DNA of 64,000 nt from Macrostomum lignano (GCA_002269645.1 NIVC01000530.1:124001-188000); one strand, 5' to 3'. Counted from the first letter of the stretch, positions 25,430 through 38,368 are shown. Numbers and translations are program-made. The notes: a model not told the origin generated them from the letters alone.

Positions 25430-27533
25430 TTTTAATGTAGCCTTTGTAGGTTTAGTTAGTGAATTAGAGACGCTGAAATATAGGAACTTGGTGCTTTAAA
25501 AGGTAAGGTAATCTACAGATAGCCGAGGTAAAGAACGTTAATGTAGGTCTTGAGGGAAGAGTAGGTTTTATGTGTAGTGTATAGTATATAAAATATGAAA
25601 TAAGCAATATAACTTGACTCGGATATTTATTAAGTTTTTAATTTCGTGAAATTATTTGTAAATGGGCACTAATAAATGTTTTTAATTACAAAATCTTGAA
25701 TAAAAACTAAGAAAAATAGTTTCAGTCAATTAATCTTACTAAATATCAACTGCTTTTCGTTCAATCTTTGTATTTTGTTTAAATATGTAAACACGGACCA
25801 AGCTCTAAGCTAAATTTATTTGCATGAAATATATAACATGTTTAAAAACATGCATAGCAGTTAAGTACTGAGTCCGCTTCTTACCCACCCCCCCACCTTC
25901 ACGTTTTCAAAAAATCTGGATCTTTTTTAAAATGCTATTGTAATTACGGTTATATATGCTTTGATATATTGGCATAAAATAGTTATTTTTTTTCTCTTTT
26001 CTTGTGGATTTTTCGTTCGAACTTCACTGGCACCTTATCGTAACCAAAGTAATCTCGTAATTAAAGCTATACCTCGTAATTCGTACTCATTTTTGTATTA
26101 ATATTTATACTCGTTGTTAGTTTTTAGTCGTCACTTTTCGTCCAAAAATACCGTAAAAATTCTGGCGCGCTTTCAAATACTTTATCTTTTACAATAACTC
26201 GGCAAATCGTCGTCAAATCGTCTTTATAAACTTCTATTTCGAAAATTTTTCCAAATACATAGCTCTATAATATATTGGCCAAACAGGCTAATTGCCTGAG
26301 CAAAATTCTCTTACTACTGCTTCATCAAGATATGCCACAATCCTAACATATTTTTTTGCAGTCAGTTTCAGGCAGTTAACATAATCCAGAGTGCCAAACC
26401 ACTACACACAAGACAAATTTTGCCCCCTCCCCCCTAGTCTGACTGGTGAGCAAAGAATTCAAGGTAATGTTCCTTTCCTCTATGTTCCATCTTATTACAG
26501 AACTCGTAGCTAGTTTGCAGTATTACATGTAGTTTCACTGTATTGATTTACGATTTATAACAATCAAGTCAAGAATCAAGAAAAGGATGAAATGAACTTA
26601 CTTAAATGTTCCAAAGATTAAGCAGTCTTTGCTCTTAGTCACACTTTTGGACCATAGCCAGGAGCAAGCAGCTATCGGCCTGGTACTGGTATAGTTGCAG
26701 GTCTTGAGTACTGCATATGTATACGTGTGCATGTAAGCGCTCTGCCACTCTGGTTAAGTTAACTAATCCTAAACTCAAACTGACTGCAAAAGGCTATATC
26801 ATATACGAGTTGTGTTGGTAGCTTTTGGTCTAAAACAAAACGGTCTCTACTAGTACTACATGTATATGTAGCATGCAGTAATACATATCCTACTACATGT
26901 ACATATACAGCAGTGTAGGTACACTGGATTACTTCCAGCAGTACAAGCATCATATGTAAGTACGCTTTATATCAGATACTACATGAATAGTGCAGACCGG
27001 ACGGGTTGCTACCAAGTTTCAAGTCTAGTACATACAGAGTCTACATGTTGTACATGTAAGTGTCTAATTATTAAGTCAAGCGGTTTGAGAAAGGTCAGCA
27101 TAATCAATACTTTATAAGTGTCAGTAAATGGCAGTACGATCTTAACCATCACTGATCATGAGGCTTCAGCCAGGACTACATGTAGAACTTTCGGTATACC
27201 CGGACAAAAAATAGTGCAATATGAAACTAGGAAAAGTAGGTTACATGCATGGCATTGCAGCCGAAGCTCAGTTAAAATAAATAACAATCGAATAAACCGA
27301 GCTTTTTCAGACAGGAAAGCAATTAATAATGAATTCGCTGCCCCTGATTTGGCTTGGGCATAAAAACAATGTGTCCAATTGCTTACATTCATAACCGTAA
27401 GACACGATTTCTAATTGAACTCCAGCCAGTACAGATACATTGTACATGTACGCCAATATTTGCTCGCGTGCATGTATCAGAACTTGACTTAAGCATACAT
27501 TTACATTGCAATCATGTATCTATAATCCTATCT

Positions 27534-28257
27534 TCAAACCGTCTGCGGTATTGTCGGACGTTTCGCAGCGCGTCTCTGGCATGCAGCTCTCCAGCAGAAT
27601 TTGCCGCATGAGCGACGCTTGTGCCGTTCAGACCAGCGCAGTCGAAGCGTCACCGAGGCCGGCGGTCGCATTCGAGTGAACACAAAATCGTAGCGTCGAT
27701 GCAGCAGCCACAGCTCGTGCAGGACAAACACGACAGCCAGCAGAGTGCCCGAGCCCAGCAGGATGGCGTTGACAATGTTGATCCGACCGCCGGCTGGGTG
27801 CAGCATCGACCACAAGCCGAAGCCAATCAGCAGGCCGGACAGAACCAGCGCCGCCGACAGGTGCCTGGCGAACGACAGCCGCGCCGAACTGTCGCAGGCT
27901 CGACGACCGCGCCGACGCGTTACAACGAAAGCGTCGCCGCAGACGCTGCAGCGCAGGCTCAGCTGGCGACCACCGCCGCCGCTCCTGGCGTTGCTGTAGC
28001 CGTAGGCGCAGCCGGCGTAGACGGCGTCGTCGAGAAACTTCGCCTCCAGGCAGGCCAAGTGAAGCCGGCGATCCTCGCACGAGCAGGGCAGGCGTTTCGT
28101 GGGCGGCGGCGTCTCGTCCAGCATCAGCTGCAACTGCTGCTGCTCCTCCGGCTGCTGCTGCTGCTGATGTCCGTGAGGGCACAGCTGGCAATTGATGTCG
28201 TCGCGCCAGATCGACTGCTGACTGGCTCTGCTTTGATAGCTGCTGCCACCACTGCTG
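27534..28257 (-). CDS. MARCH-type RING-CH membrane E3 ligase, last coding exon (RINGv plus two TM helices)
   Basis: ttctgcag| acceptor (phase 2); CQLC...PCSC...HLAC...CSVC Cys/His pattern followed by the hydrophobic segments LSAALVLSGLLIGFGLWSML and INIVNAILLGSGTLLAVVFVL. Confidence 0.82.
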
Positions 28258-28339
28258 CTGCAGAACCGGTTGTAGTTTAGGGAGGACTACTAATTATAGG
28301 TTTAGTTTAGGGAGGGTAGATTAGGGAAGATTAGAAAGG

Positions 28340-29690
28340 GTAGTTCAGGGAAGATTACTAAGGCCAAGGGTAGATCAATGAAGATTACTAAGGGTAGATC
28401 AGTAAAGATTACTAAGGGTAGATCAGGGAAGATTACTAAGGGTAGATCAGTGAAGATTACTAAGGGTAGATCAGTGAAGATTACTAAGGGTAGTTCATGG
28501 AAGATTACTAAGGGTAGATCAGTGAAGATTACTAAGGGTAGATCAGTGAAGATTACTAAGGGTAGATCAGTGAAGATTACTAAGGGTAGATCAGTGAAGA
28601 TTACTAAGGGTAGTTCATGGAAGATTACTAAGGGTAGTTCAGTGAAGATTACTAAGGGTAGATCAGTGAAGATTACTAAGGGTAGTTCATGGAAGATTAC
28701 TAAGGGTAGATCAGTGAAGATTACTAAGGGTAGATCAGTGAAGATTACTAAGGGTAGATCAGTGAAGATTACTAAGGGTAGATCAGTGAAGATTACTAAG
28801 GGTAGTTCAGTGAAGATTACTAAGGGTAGTGCATGGAAGATTACTAAGGGTAGATCAGTGAAGATTACTAAGGGTAGATCAGTAAAGATTACTAAGGGTA
28901 GATCAGTGAAGATTACTAAGGGTAGATCAGTAAAGATTACTAAGGGTAGATCAGTGAAGATTACTAAGGGTAGTTCAGTGAAGATTACTAAGGGTAGATC
29001 AGTAAAGATTACTAAGGGTAGATCAGTGAAGATTACTAAGGGTAGATCAGTAAAGATTACTAAGGGTAGATCAGTGAAGATTACTAAGGGTAGATCAGTA
29101 AAGATTACTAAGGGTAGATCAGTGAAGATTACTAAGGGTAGTTCAGTGAAGATTACTAAGGGTAGATCAGTAAAGATTACTAAGGGTAGATCAGTGAAGA
29201 TTACTAAGGGTAGATCAGTGAAGATTACTAAGGGTAGATCAGTAAAGATTACTAAGGGTAGATCAGTGAAGATTACTAAGGGTAGATCAGTGAAGATTAC
29301 TAAGGGTAGATCAGTAAAGATTACTAAGGGTAGATCAGTAAAGATTACTAAGGGTAGATCAGGGAAGATTACTAAGGGTAGATCAGGGAAGATTACTAAA
29401 GGGTAGATCAGGGAAGATTACTAAGGGTAGATCAGTGAAGATTACTAAGGGTAGATCAGGGAAGATTACTAAGGGTAGATCAGGGAAGATTACTAAGGGT
29501 AGTTCAGGGAAGATTACTAAGGGTAGATCAGGGAAGATTACTAAGGGTAGATCAGGGAAGATTACTAAGGGTAGTTCAGGGAAGATTACTAAGGGTAGAT
29601 CAGTGAAGATTACTAAAGGTAGTTCATGGAAGATTACTAAGGGTAGATCAGTGAAGATTACTAAAGGTAGTTCATGGAAGATTACTACCA
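28340..29690. repeat. 24-bp minisatellite filling the MARCH-like intron (GAAGATTACTAAGGGTAGATCAGT)
   Basis: Directly visible, between exon boundaries 28257 and 29795. Confidence 0.97.
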
Positions 29691-29794
29691 CGTGTAGTTT
29701 TGGACCGATTACATTGACAGGATTGGTTTCGTACTCAACACTAGACACCTTAGAGCACGAACCCTAGCCCTAAAACATAATCTCTTTTACTCAC

Positions 29795-30180
29795 CTTAAA
29801 GCTGGTGACTCCGGTTGCAAACGATGAGGCACTTGTAAATTCTGCCGCATCAAGTGCAGCTGGCTGTCAGACCAGTGATTTGGCGGTCGCCTCATCCCAA
29901 AACCGGCATTATTTGTACTTTTATTATTAATATTATTATCAATTGCGGAGCCGTCGTTACAATCGGAATCGGGTACAGAAAAAATGACAGGCTCCTTCCT
30001 GTCCAAGTTGAACCGGGTCACTCTGCTCCGATCTTCGTTGACTTTGATGACTGGCAGCAAGCCGGTTGCTGAGTAAGCTGACGGAGACGGTACCAGCGTC
30101 TGCTCTTCATCATGTTGCCGCTTTTCAAGCAGCTCCACTGTCTCTGAATCGGTTTTATCCTCATCTGCAGCTGCTAGCAT
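29795..30180 (-). CDS. MARCH-type E3 ligase, first coding exon (disordered N-terminus)
   Basis: Acceptor ttcag| at 30203, ATG at 30180 (MLAAADEDK), donor tttaag|gtgagt in phase 2 matching the next exon; total about 369 aa. Confidence 0.7.
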
Positions 30181-30244
30181 TGTTCCTCCGTTCGGTTGCA
30201 GTCTGAAGAGAGAAGAATTATTTCTGGGATTTACTAACGATCTG

Positions 30245-31470
30245 AAGGACATGATTATCTTGCAGCTTCCGACACTATTATCCTGCATCCCCCCACATGA
30301 TTATCCTGCATCTCCCCCCACATGATTATCCTGCATCTCTCCCCCACATGCTTATCCTGCATCTCCCCCACATGATTATCCTGCATCTCCCCCCACATGA
30401 TTATCCTGCATCTCCCCCCACATGCTTATCCTGCATCTCTCCCCCACATGCTTATCCTGCATCTCCCCCACATGATTATCCTGCATCTCCCCCCCCCCAC
30501 ATGCTTATCCTGCATCTCTCCCCCACATGATTATCCTGCATCTCCCCCACATGATTATCCTGCATCTCCCCCCACATGCTTATCCTGCATCTCCCCCCAC
30601 ATGCTTATCCTGCATCTCCCCCCACATGCTTATCCTGCATCTCCCCCCCACATGCTTATCCTGCATCTCCCCCACATGCTTATCCTGCATCTCCCCCACA
30701 TGATTATCCTGCATCTCCCCCCACATGCTTATCCTGCATCCCCCCACATGCTTATCCTGCATCTCCCCCCACATGCTTATCCTGCATCCCCCCCCCACAT
30801 GCTTATCCTGCATCTCCCCCCCACATGCTTATCCTGCATCTCTCCCCCACATGCTTATCCTGCATCCCACCCCCACATGCTTATCCTGCATCTCCCCCCC
30901 CCACATGCTTATCCTGCATCTCCCCCCACATGCTTATCCTGCATCTCCCCCCACATGCTTATCCTGCATCTCCCCCCCACATGCTTATCCTGCATCTCCC
31001 CCCCACATGCTTATCCTGCATCTCCCCCCACATCCTTATCCTGCATCTCCCTCCCACATGCTTATCCTGCATCTCCCTCCCACATGCTTATCCTGCATCT
31101 CCCTCCCACATGCTTATCCTGCATCTCCCCCCCCACATGCTTATCCTGCATCTCTCCCCCACATGCTTATCCTGCATCCCACCCCCACATGCTTATCCTG
31201 CATCTCCCCCCCCACATGCTTATCCTGCATCTCCCCCCCACATGCTTATCCTGCATCTCCCCCCACATGCTTATCCTGCATCTCCCCCCCACATGCTTAT
31301 CCTGCATCTCCCCCCACATGCTTATCCTGCATCTCCCCCCACATGCTTATCCTGCATCTCCCCCCACATGCTTATCCTGCATCTCCCCCACATGCTTATC
31401 CTGCATCTCCCCCCCACATGCTTATCCTGCATCTCCCCCACATGCTTATCCTGCATCCCTCCCACATGAT
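30245..31470. repeat. About 24-27-bp minisatellite CATGCTTATCCTGCATCT(C)n with variable C-run, in the putative 5'UTR intron of the MARCH-like gene
   Basis: Directly visible; a candidate upstream donor (aacag|gtaaga) is at 31544/31543. Confidence 0.95.
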
Positions 31471-32454
31471 TGGTAAAAATATCAATATTAGAAATTAACT
31501 ACAAATCCAGAAATATCTGTAAAATAGAATCCAAGTTTCTTACCTGTTAAACTTGCTTGCCCCGACAGCTAAAGCAGTTCTGTTTACTGTTTAATTGTTA
31601 GCACTCGATGATATACTAGAAGAAAGTCACTGGCCTTAACAGATGAGAAGCAAAGCATTTATATTTGTGTTTAAAATATTCAAAGTGCGATAAAATTGTA
31701 AAGAGAAAGGCCTGAGTTTGGCTTCTAGCTTGTAAGCTGGTTGGGGCCAGCATATAACAGTACAATATAATAGCAGAGTGCTGGGCACAGGCACACAGGG
31801 GTCAGAGTGGGGTGGCACTACTGCCAACATTCAATGAGCACAATGACAATGTCTAGATGCCTTCTCCATTTTCATTTACCTGGCTTGGCTTGTTTAACTG
31901 GACAAACAAGCATAACAATGTACAGTAGCAGCGAGTAGCGACTGCACAGTGCCCGCATGCGCTATACACATGATGTGTAATACGGTTACAGGCAGTATAA
32001 CAGCTGACTAATAAATGCCACCCTAGAGCCTAGGCACAGGTGTATGATGTTACAGGGGTAGATTCGAAGGTATTACATTTTTAGGCGTGAACCTGCGAGT
32101 GAGAGGAAAGGGGAATGAGCGGAGGAGGGGAGAGGGGATCGGAAGAGAAAGAGAGGAGAAGGGGAGAGGGGAGGAAGATGGGTGGAGGAAGAGGGGAGGC
32201 GGAGAGGGAAGAGAAAGGCGAGAGGGGAGTAGCAGGAGAGAGGGGAAGAAGAGGGGGAGAGGGGAGGAACAGGTCTCGCGAGAATTGAGCATTTCCTCGA
32301 GAACCCAACTGTGTACTATATATACTAAACTAAAGCTTACAATGTATGTAATGAGAACATATATATATATATATACAATGCTCAAAATAAAAATAAAATT
32401 ACAATAGCTTGCTATGTCAGAATAGATACATGTGTAGATACATGTGTATGTTTT

Positions 32455-33273
32455 GGGTGTCCCAAAAGTTCCCGGAATGTCTAACGTAGCTCTTCAACAG
32501 AGCCATGAAATTTCACGCCCATGGTGTCAAATGAAAGGAAATTTTGTCACAAAGAATACAAAGTTAAAATCATGTTGATATCTTTTTTATTCAAGAGCAA
32601 CAGCAAGAAACGTGCGCAAAGGTCAGGGGTAGTGTTACACAACCTCAACAATCTATGGCAATAATTTTTTCATCTCCATTTTTGGAGTTTTTCATTTTGA
32701 ATTCATTCACAGCAGACTGGCCATCTCTAAAGCGTTCGATCCATCCGTAAATTGCAGTTTTTTTCAGGCTGTTCTCACCGTGGATGGAGAATAAGTGGTC
32801 AGAAATCTTGGCTCCACTCCATCCTACTGACCAAAGGGCAAAAACTTGACTTCGCTGACTTTCAAGGCTCTGAAGAGAACTCATTTTCGCAAAGAAATTT
32901 CAAGTTGAAAGCAAGCGCTTGGTACGAATTATCTGCACTCGCGCAAAAGCTCAGATTAGCTTTATGAGCATTTCTGCTTTTTTCCATAGACACTACCACG
33001 TCTTCCTGACACGTCAGTAGCACGAATTCAAAATGAAAAACTCCAAAAATGGAGATGAAAAAATTATTGCCATAGATTGTTGAGGTTGTGTAACACTACC
33101 CCTGACCTTTGCGCACGTTTCTTGCTGTTGCTCTTGAATAAAAAAGATATCAACATGATTTTAACTTTGTATTCTTTGTGACAAAATTTCCTTTCATTTG
33201 ACACCATGGGCGTGAAATTTCATGGCTCTGTTGAAGAGCTACGTTAGACATTCCGGGAACTTTTGGGACACCC
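32455..33273 (-). mobile_element. Non-autonomous mariner-derived element with 250-bp inverted arms and a truncated transposase HTH
   Basis: 32455-32704 reads as the exact reverse complement of 33024-33273; internal ORF from ATG 32884 (SQRSQVFALWSVGWSGAKISDHLFSIHGENSLKKTAIYGWIERFRDGQSAVNE) resembles the mariner N-terminal HTH; end GGGTGTCCCAAAAGTTCCCGG is mariner-like. Confidence 0.85.
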
Positions 33274-33389
33274 CTCACTCGTAGATTAGTACTTCTACAT
33301 TAGTACATAGATTTCGGCGATGTGACTTTTCGAGCTTGTGACGGAGCCCTGTTTCGACTATGTAATTTTTCGAGCTTATGACGCCGACC

Positions 33390-33675
33390 CGGAGGAAGAG
33401 GGGAGAGGGGGGGAAGAAGGGAGAGCGGAGTAAGGAGAGAGGGGAAGAAGAGGGGGAGAGGGGAGGAACAGGGGGAGGAAGAGGGGAGAGCGGAGTAAGG
33501 AGAGAGGGGAAGAAGAGAGGGAGAGGGGAGGAACAGGGGGAGGAAGAGGGGAGAGGGGAGGAAGAGGGAAGAGGGGACGGAGAGGAGGGAAGAGGGGAGG
33601 GAGAGGAGAGGAGAGGGTAGGAAGAAGGGGGAGGGAAAGGGGAGAGGGAGGGGAGGAAGAAGGGAGGAAGGAGAA
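33390..33675. repeat. (GA)-rich low-complexity tract; shares a 39-bp segment with the similar tract at 32100-32275
   Basis: GGAGAGAGGGGAAGAAGAGGGGGAGAGGGGAGGAACAGG occurs at about 32245 and about 33434. Confidence 0.85.
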
Positions 33676-34364
33676 ACGCCAAAAGAAAGAAAAGAACCAA
33701 ATAATTCCTTAAATTTTTCAGTTTCAGCTGAACTCAACCAGCAAGGCGGAACCAGAGAAAATGATTGATAGTTATAATTTTGATTATTATTATGAATACA
33801 CAAGTTATTATTAGGCAAAAGCAGAGATAAAGTAGTAATAATAATGTTAATGGATAAAAATTGAAGCACAAACAGAAGAGCATAGAGCAGAGATATTTCG
33901 GAGAGAACACTGATTACTACACAAAATAAAAAAAACAGAGCTGCCAAAAACATTAATTGAACAATGCACTTCGTATACTACTGATAAAGATATACTAAAA
34001 CTACTTATTAACTAGCAGGTAAGAGCGTCAATAACATAGGTAGGATTACAATTTAAAGCGCAACAAAAATAGAAATTAGAAGATTACAGGTTGAAAAGGA
34101 TGACAGAACAAAAAAGGTAATTTTAAGATTTTTTGTACAAAAAATATTTATTAAGTAAAAACTTCAGACTGAAGTGTAAATAACAACATAATAATTGTTT
34201 AAGGAGCCAGTTAACAAAACCTTAACTTAGCCATAGGTATTATAATGTCAGGATAGTATACACTGCACATGATTACAGAATCGTTGAACATGTACAGAGC
34301 AGATAAAGTGATTTCCACTTATTTAGTGATTTACAAATATTAGCTTCAATTTCAGATTCAGGGC

Positions 34365-35405
34365 GATTCTAAGGACACATTAGGGCGATTCTAAGGACAC
34401 ATTAGGGCGATTCTAAGGACACATTTAGGGCGATTCTAAGGACATATTAGGGCGATTCTAAAGACACATTAGGGCGATTCTAAGGACACATTAGGGCGAT
34501 TCTAAGGACACATTAGGGCGATTCTAAGGACACATTTAATGCGATTCTAAGGACATATTTAGGGCGATTCTAAGGACATATTAGGGCGATTCTAAGGACA
34601 CATTTAGGGCGATTCTAAGGACACATTAGGGCGATTCTAAGGACACATTAGGGCGATTCTAAGGACACATTTAGGGCGATTCTAAAGACACATTAGGGCG
34701 ATTCTAAGGACACATTAGGGCGATTCTAAGGACATATTAGGGCGATTCTAAGGACACATTAGGGCGATTCTAAGGACACATTAGGGCGATTCTAAGGACA
34801 CATTAGGGCGATTCTAAGGACACATTAGGGCGATTCTAAGGACACATTAGGGCGATTCTAAGGACACATTAGGGCGATTCTAAGGACACATTTAGGGCGA
34901 TTCTAAGGACACATTAGGGCGATTCTAAGGACACATTAGGGCGATTCTAAGGACATATTAGGGCGATTCTAAGGACACATTTAGGGCGATTCTAAGGACA
35001 CATTAGGGCGATTCTAAGGACACATTAGGGCGATTCTAAGGACACATTAGGGCGATTCTAAGGACACATTTAGGGCGATTCTAAGGACACATTAGGGCGA
35101 TTCTAAGGACACATTAGGGCGATTCTAAGGACATATTAGGGCGATTCTAAGGACACATTTAGGGCGATTCTAAGGACACATTAGGGCGATTCTAAGGACA
35201 TATTAGGGCGATTCTAAGGACACATTTAAAGCTATTTTAAGGACACATTTAGGACAATTCTAAGGACACATTTAGGGCGATTCTAAGGACAGATTTAGGA
35301 CAATTCTAAGGACACATTAGGGCGATTCTAAGGACACATTTAGGACAATTCTAAGAACAGATTTAGGGCGATTCTAAGAACAGATTTAGGGCGATTCTAA
35401 GAACC
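34365..35405. repeat. 22/23-bp minisatellite (TAGGGCGATTCTAAGGACACAT), about 45 copies, 100 bp after the Rb stop
   Basis: Directly visible. Confidence 0.97.
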
Positions 35406-35503
35406 CCTTCAGGATGAATACCAAGCGACAGATTAAGGACTAACGATTAAAAAATTCGGCATAAGCATTAACAATGTCAAAGTCCCCAGATAGTTAATCA
35501 AGC

Positions 35504-35797
35504 TCAACGAGCAGTGGTAGACGTACTCAACAAGTTGAGCTTCTTGGCAGCATTAGGCGACAATTCCATGCCAATATGATGCGAAGTGGCCTGCCGTTTG
35601 CCCAGCAGTTTGGTGGCGTGCTGCAGTATGGCGGCGTTGATCGCTTGAACGTCCTTGTCAGAGGAGGTGAGAAAATTGTAACCGATCCGTTTAGAAGACG
35701 GTATGCCGGAGGTCAACAGCAGTGTGCTAGACGTGCCCGATCGAATGATGAGGTGCGCCTCAGCTTCCTCGTCAGTCAGTAGTCGACAGGCCAGCAC
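35504..35797 (-). CDS. Rbl: Retinoblastoma-family (p107/p130-like) protein, exon 8 (C-terminus)
   Basis: ttcag|GTG; RIGYNFLTSSDKDVQAINAAI resembles the RbC core of p107/p130; TGA at 35504-35506. Confidence 0.85.
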   Translation of the reverse strand: MLACRLLTDEEAEAHLIIRSGTSSTLLLTSGIPSSKRIGYNFLTSSDKDVQAINAAILQHATKLLGKRQATSHHIGMELSPNAAKKLNLLSTSTTAR

Positions 35798-35849
35798 CTG
35801 AAGTTAATAAGTGTTAATAAGGATGTTCTGTTGGGACTGTTGGTGTCTG

Positions 35850-36845
35850 TTCTGTCATCCAATATGACCTCAGTCTGACACCCCAATATGACCTCATTCT
35901 GACACCCCAATATGGCCTCATTCTAACACCCCAATATGGCCTCATTCTAACACCCCAATATGGCCTCATTCTAACACCCCAATATGGCCTCATTCTAACA
36001 CCCCAATATGGCCTCATTCTGACACCCCAATATGGCCTCATTCTGACACCCCAATATGGCCTCATTCTAACACCCCAATATGGCCTCATTCTGACACCCC
36101 AATATGACCTCAGTCTGACACCCCAATATGGCCTCATTCTGACACCCCAATATGGCCTCATTCTGACACCCCAATATGGCCTCATTCTGACACCTGAATA
36201 TGGCCTCATTCTGACACCCCAATATGGCCTCATTCTGACACCTGAATATGGCCTCATTCTGACACCCCAATATGGCCTCATTCTGACACCTGAATATGGC
36301 CTCATTCTGACACCACAATATGACCTCATTTTGACACCACAATATGACCTCATTCTGACACCACAATATGACCTCATTCTGACATCCAATATAGCCTCAT
36401 TCTGACATCCCCAATATCACAATCCACCATACCCTACCCCTACATCAAATAACAGAGCCTCTGACACCCCATAACAGAGCCTCTGACACCCCATAACAGA
36501 GCCTCTGACACCTTACAACAAAGCCTCTGACACCCCATAACAGAGCCTCTGACACCCCATAACAGAGCCTCTGACACCTTACAACAAAGCCTCTGACACT
36601 CCATAACAAAGCCTCTGACACCCCATAACAGAGCCTCTGACACCTCATAACAGAGCCTCTGACACCCCATAACAGAGCCTCTGACACCCCATAACAGAGC
36701 CTCTGACACCTTACAACAAACCCTCTGACACCCCATAACAAAGCCTCTGACACCCCATAACAGAGCCTCTGACACCTCATAACAAAGCCTCTGACACCTC
36801 ATAACAGAGCCTCTGACACCCATAACGGAGCCTCTGACACCCACA
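35850..36845. repeat. Two related arrays in Rb intron 7: 24-bp CCCCAATATGGCCTCATTCTGACA then 22-bp ATAACAGAGCCTCTGACACCCC
   Basis: Directly visible; shared core TCTGACACCCC-ATA. Confidence 0.96.
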
Positions 36846-36894
36846 ATAGAGACACAATTACCCCGTCCACCGACAAAAGCAGCCAGAACCGCAC

Positions 36895-37314
36895 CTGTCT
36901 GATATGATCGCCCTCTTCGGTGGTGAACACGGCATTGTAAAACTGGATAATATCGCCAGCATTGCCTCGATTATCCAGCGGCACAGTTCGAAACAGAGTG
37001 TCGGTGGCCTGACCGCCGGCAGCCACGGTGGACGAACTGCCAGTCAGATTGGCTACCCGGCGATGAGCGGCCAGGATGTGCGCGAATCTGATTGGACAGG
37101 GGGGCGACGGTTGAGCCGCCCTAGCCGCGGCGAATAGGCCGCAGGCGATCACGTGATCTAGATGGCGATTGCGCAATAGGCCGGGATTGTCGCGCAGCAC
37201 CCGATTAATGATGACGGCGGCTCGTTGCTTAGAGACGGGGTTCAATAGGTGCAACTCGGAGGACAGCTGGGCTAGACGGGTGTCGCACAGGCGGTGCAGG
37301 TGACGGTAGAAAGC
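36895..37314 (-). CDS. Rbl: Rb-family exon 7 (pocket B)
   Basis: AFYRHLHRL...LLRNRHLDHVIACGLF...GDIIQFYNAVF matches pocket-B motifs (FYRKVY, DRHLDQ, GDLIxFYN); AG/GT boundaries, phase 0. Confidence 0.93.
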
Positions 37315-37444
37315 CTGACAGAGGAGGGGATTAAACAGGGATTTTAATAGTGAAATTGAATAGAATAGTTTCTTAGAACCTTTTTGAAGGCAAGCTATCA
37401 AAAATTGTATGGTTTGACGTATTCTACCTAATTAGGAAGGGAAT

Positions 37445-37935
37445 TCAGTAACTAGGCAGGGATTCAGTAACTAGGGTGCGGGATTCAGTAACTAGGGTGC
37501 GGGATTCAGTAACTAGGGTGCGGGATTCAGTAACTAGGGTGCGGGATTCAGTAACTAGGGTGCGGGATTCAGTAACTAGGGTGCGGGATTCAGTAACTAG
37601 GGTGCGGGATTCAGTAACTAGGGTGCGGGATTCAGTAACTAGGGTGCGGGATTCAGTAACTAGGGAGGGAATTCAGTAACTAGGGAGGGGAATTCAGTAA
37701 CTAGGGTGTCGGATTCAGTAACTAGGGTGCGGGATTCAGTAACTAGGGGGCGGGATTCAGTAACTAGGGTGCGGGATTCAGTAACTAGGGTGCGGGATTC
37801 AGTAACTAGGGGGCGGGATTCAGTAACTAGGGAGGGAATTCAGTAACTAGGGTGCGGGATTCAGTAACTAGGGTGCGGGATTCAGTAACTAGGGGGCGGG
37901 ATTCAGTAACTAGGGAGGGAATTCAGTAACTATGG
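37445..37935. repeat. 21-bp minisatellite in Rb intron 6 (GGGTGCGGGATTCAGTAACTA)
   Basis: Directly visible. Confidence 0.96.
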
Positions 37936-38137
37936 TCAGGGAATCCAGTAACTAGAAAGGGAATTCAGAGACTTGGGAGTCACTTCCTTGACCCTACCAA
38001 AACACAATAAGCTCCATTTAAGCTATTTTAAAATGACAGTCAAAGAATTGGGTAAACAGAAGAGTAACTAAACTGCCCTCGTCACTGCCCTCGTCATCTA
38101 AATAGTGCCCCAATAATTTAGATCAAGCAAGACGCAC

Positions 38138-38368
38138 CTGCAGTGCGGACAATCCTTTGCCCATCTTAGGCGAAGTGGCTGAGGCAGCCACCAGAGGACG
38201 CTGGCATTCAACGGCCGAGTAGCCGCGGCCGCGATTCTGCTGCACCAGCTTCCAGAGCGGACTGCCGGCAGTCCAGGCTAGAGAGTCCACAACGCGATCA
38301 ACGCACAGACGGAGGTGTCGAACAATGTCGCGAGGAAAGTCCACCGCTTCAATGAGGCTCTCTACGAT
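38138..38368 (-). CDS. Rbl: Rb-family exon 6 (end of pocket A and short spacer)
   Basis: ctacag|IVESLIEAVDFPRDIVRHL...DSLAWTAGSPLW aligns with the pocket-A motif VIEVVIR...LSRDMVKHL...ESLAWS.DS.LW; phase 0. Confidence 0.9.

Noticed and set aside
26155-26180. TGGCGCGCTTTCAAA as an E2F/CDE-CHR element upstream of calmodulin
   Set aside because: Spacing and orientation do not match the canonical CDE-N4-CHR; a single short match
28378-29767. KITKGRSV-repeat ORFs
   Set aside because: Antisense translations of the intronic 24-bp array
34365-35405. TTAGGG in each unit as an interstitial telomere
   Set aside because: One hexamer embedded in a 22-bp unit, not tandem telomeric repeat
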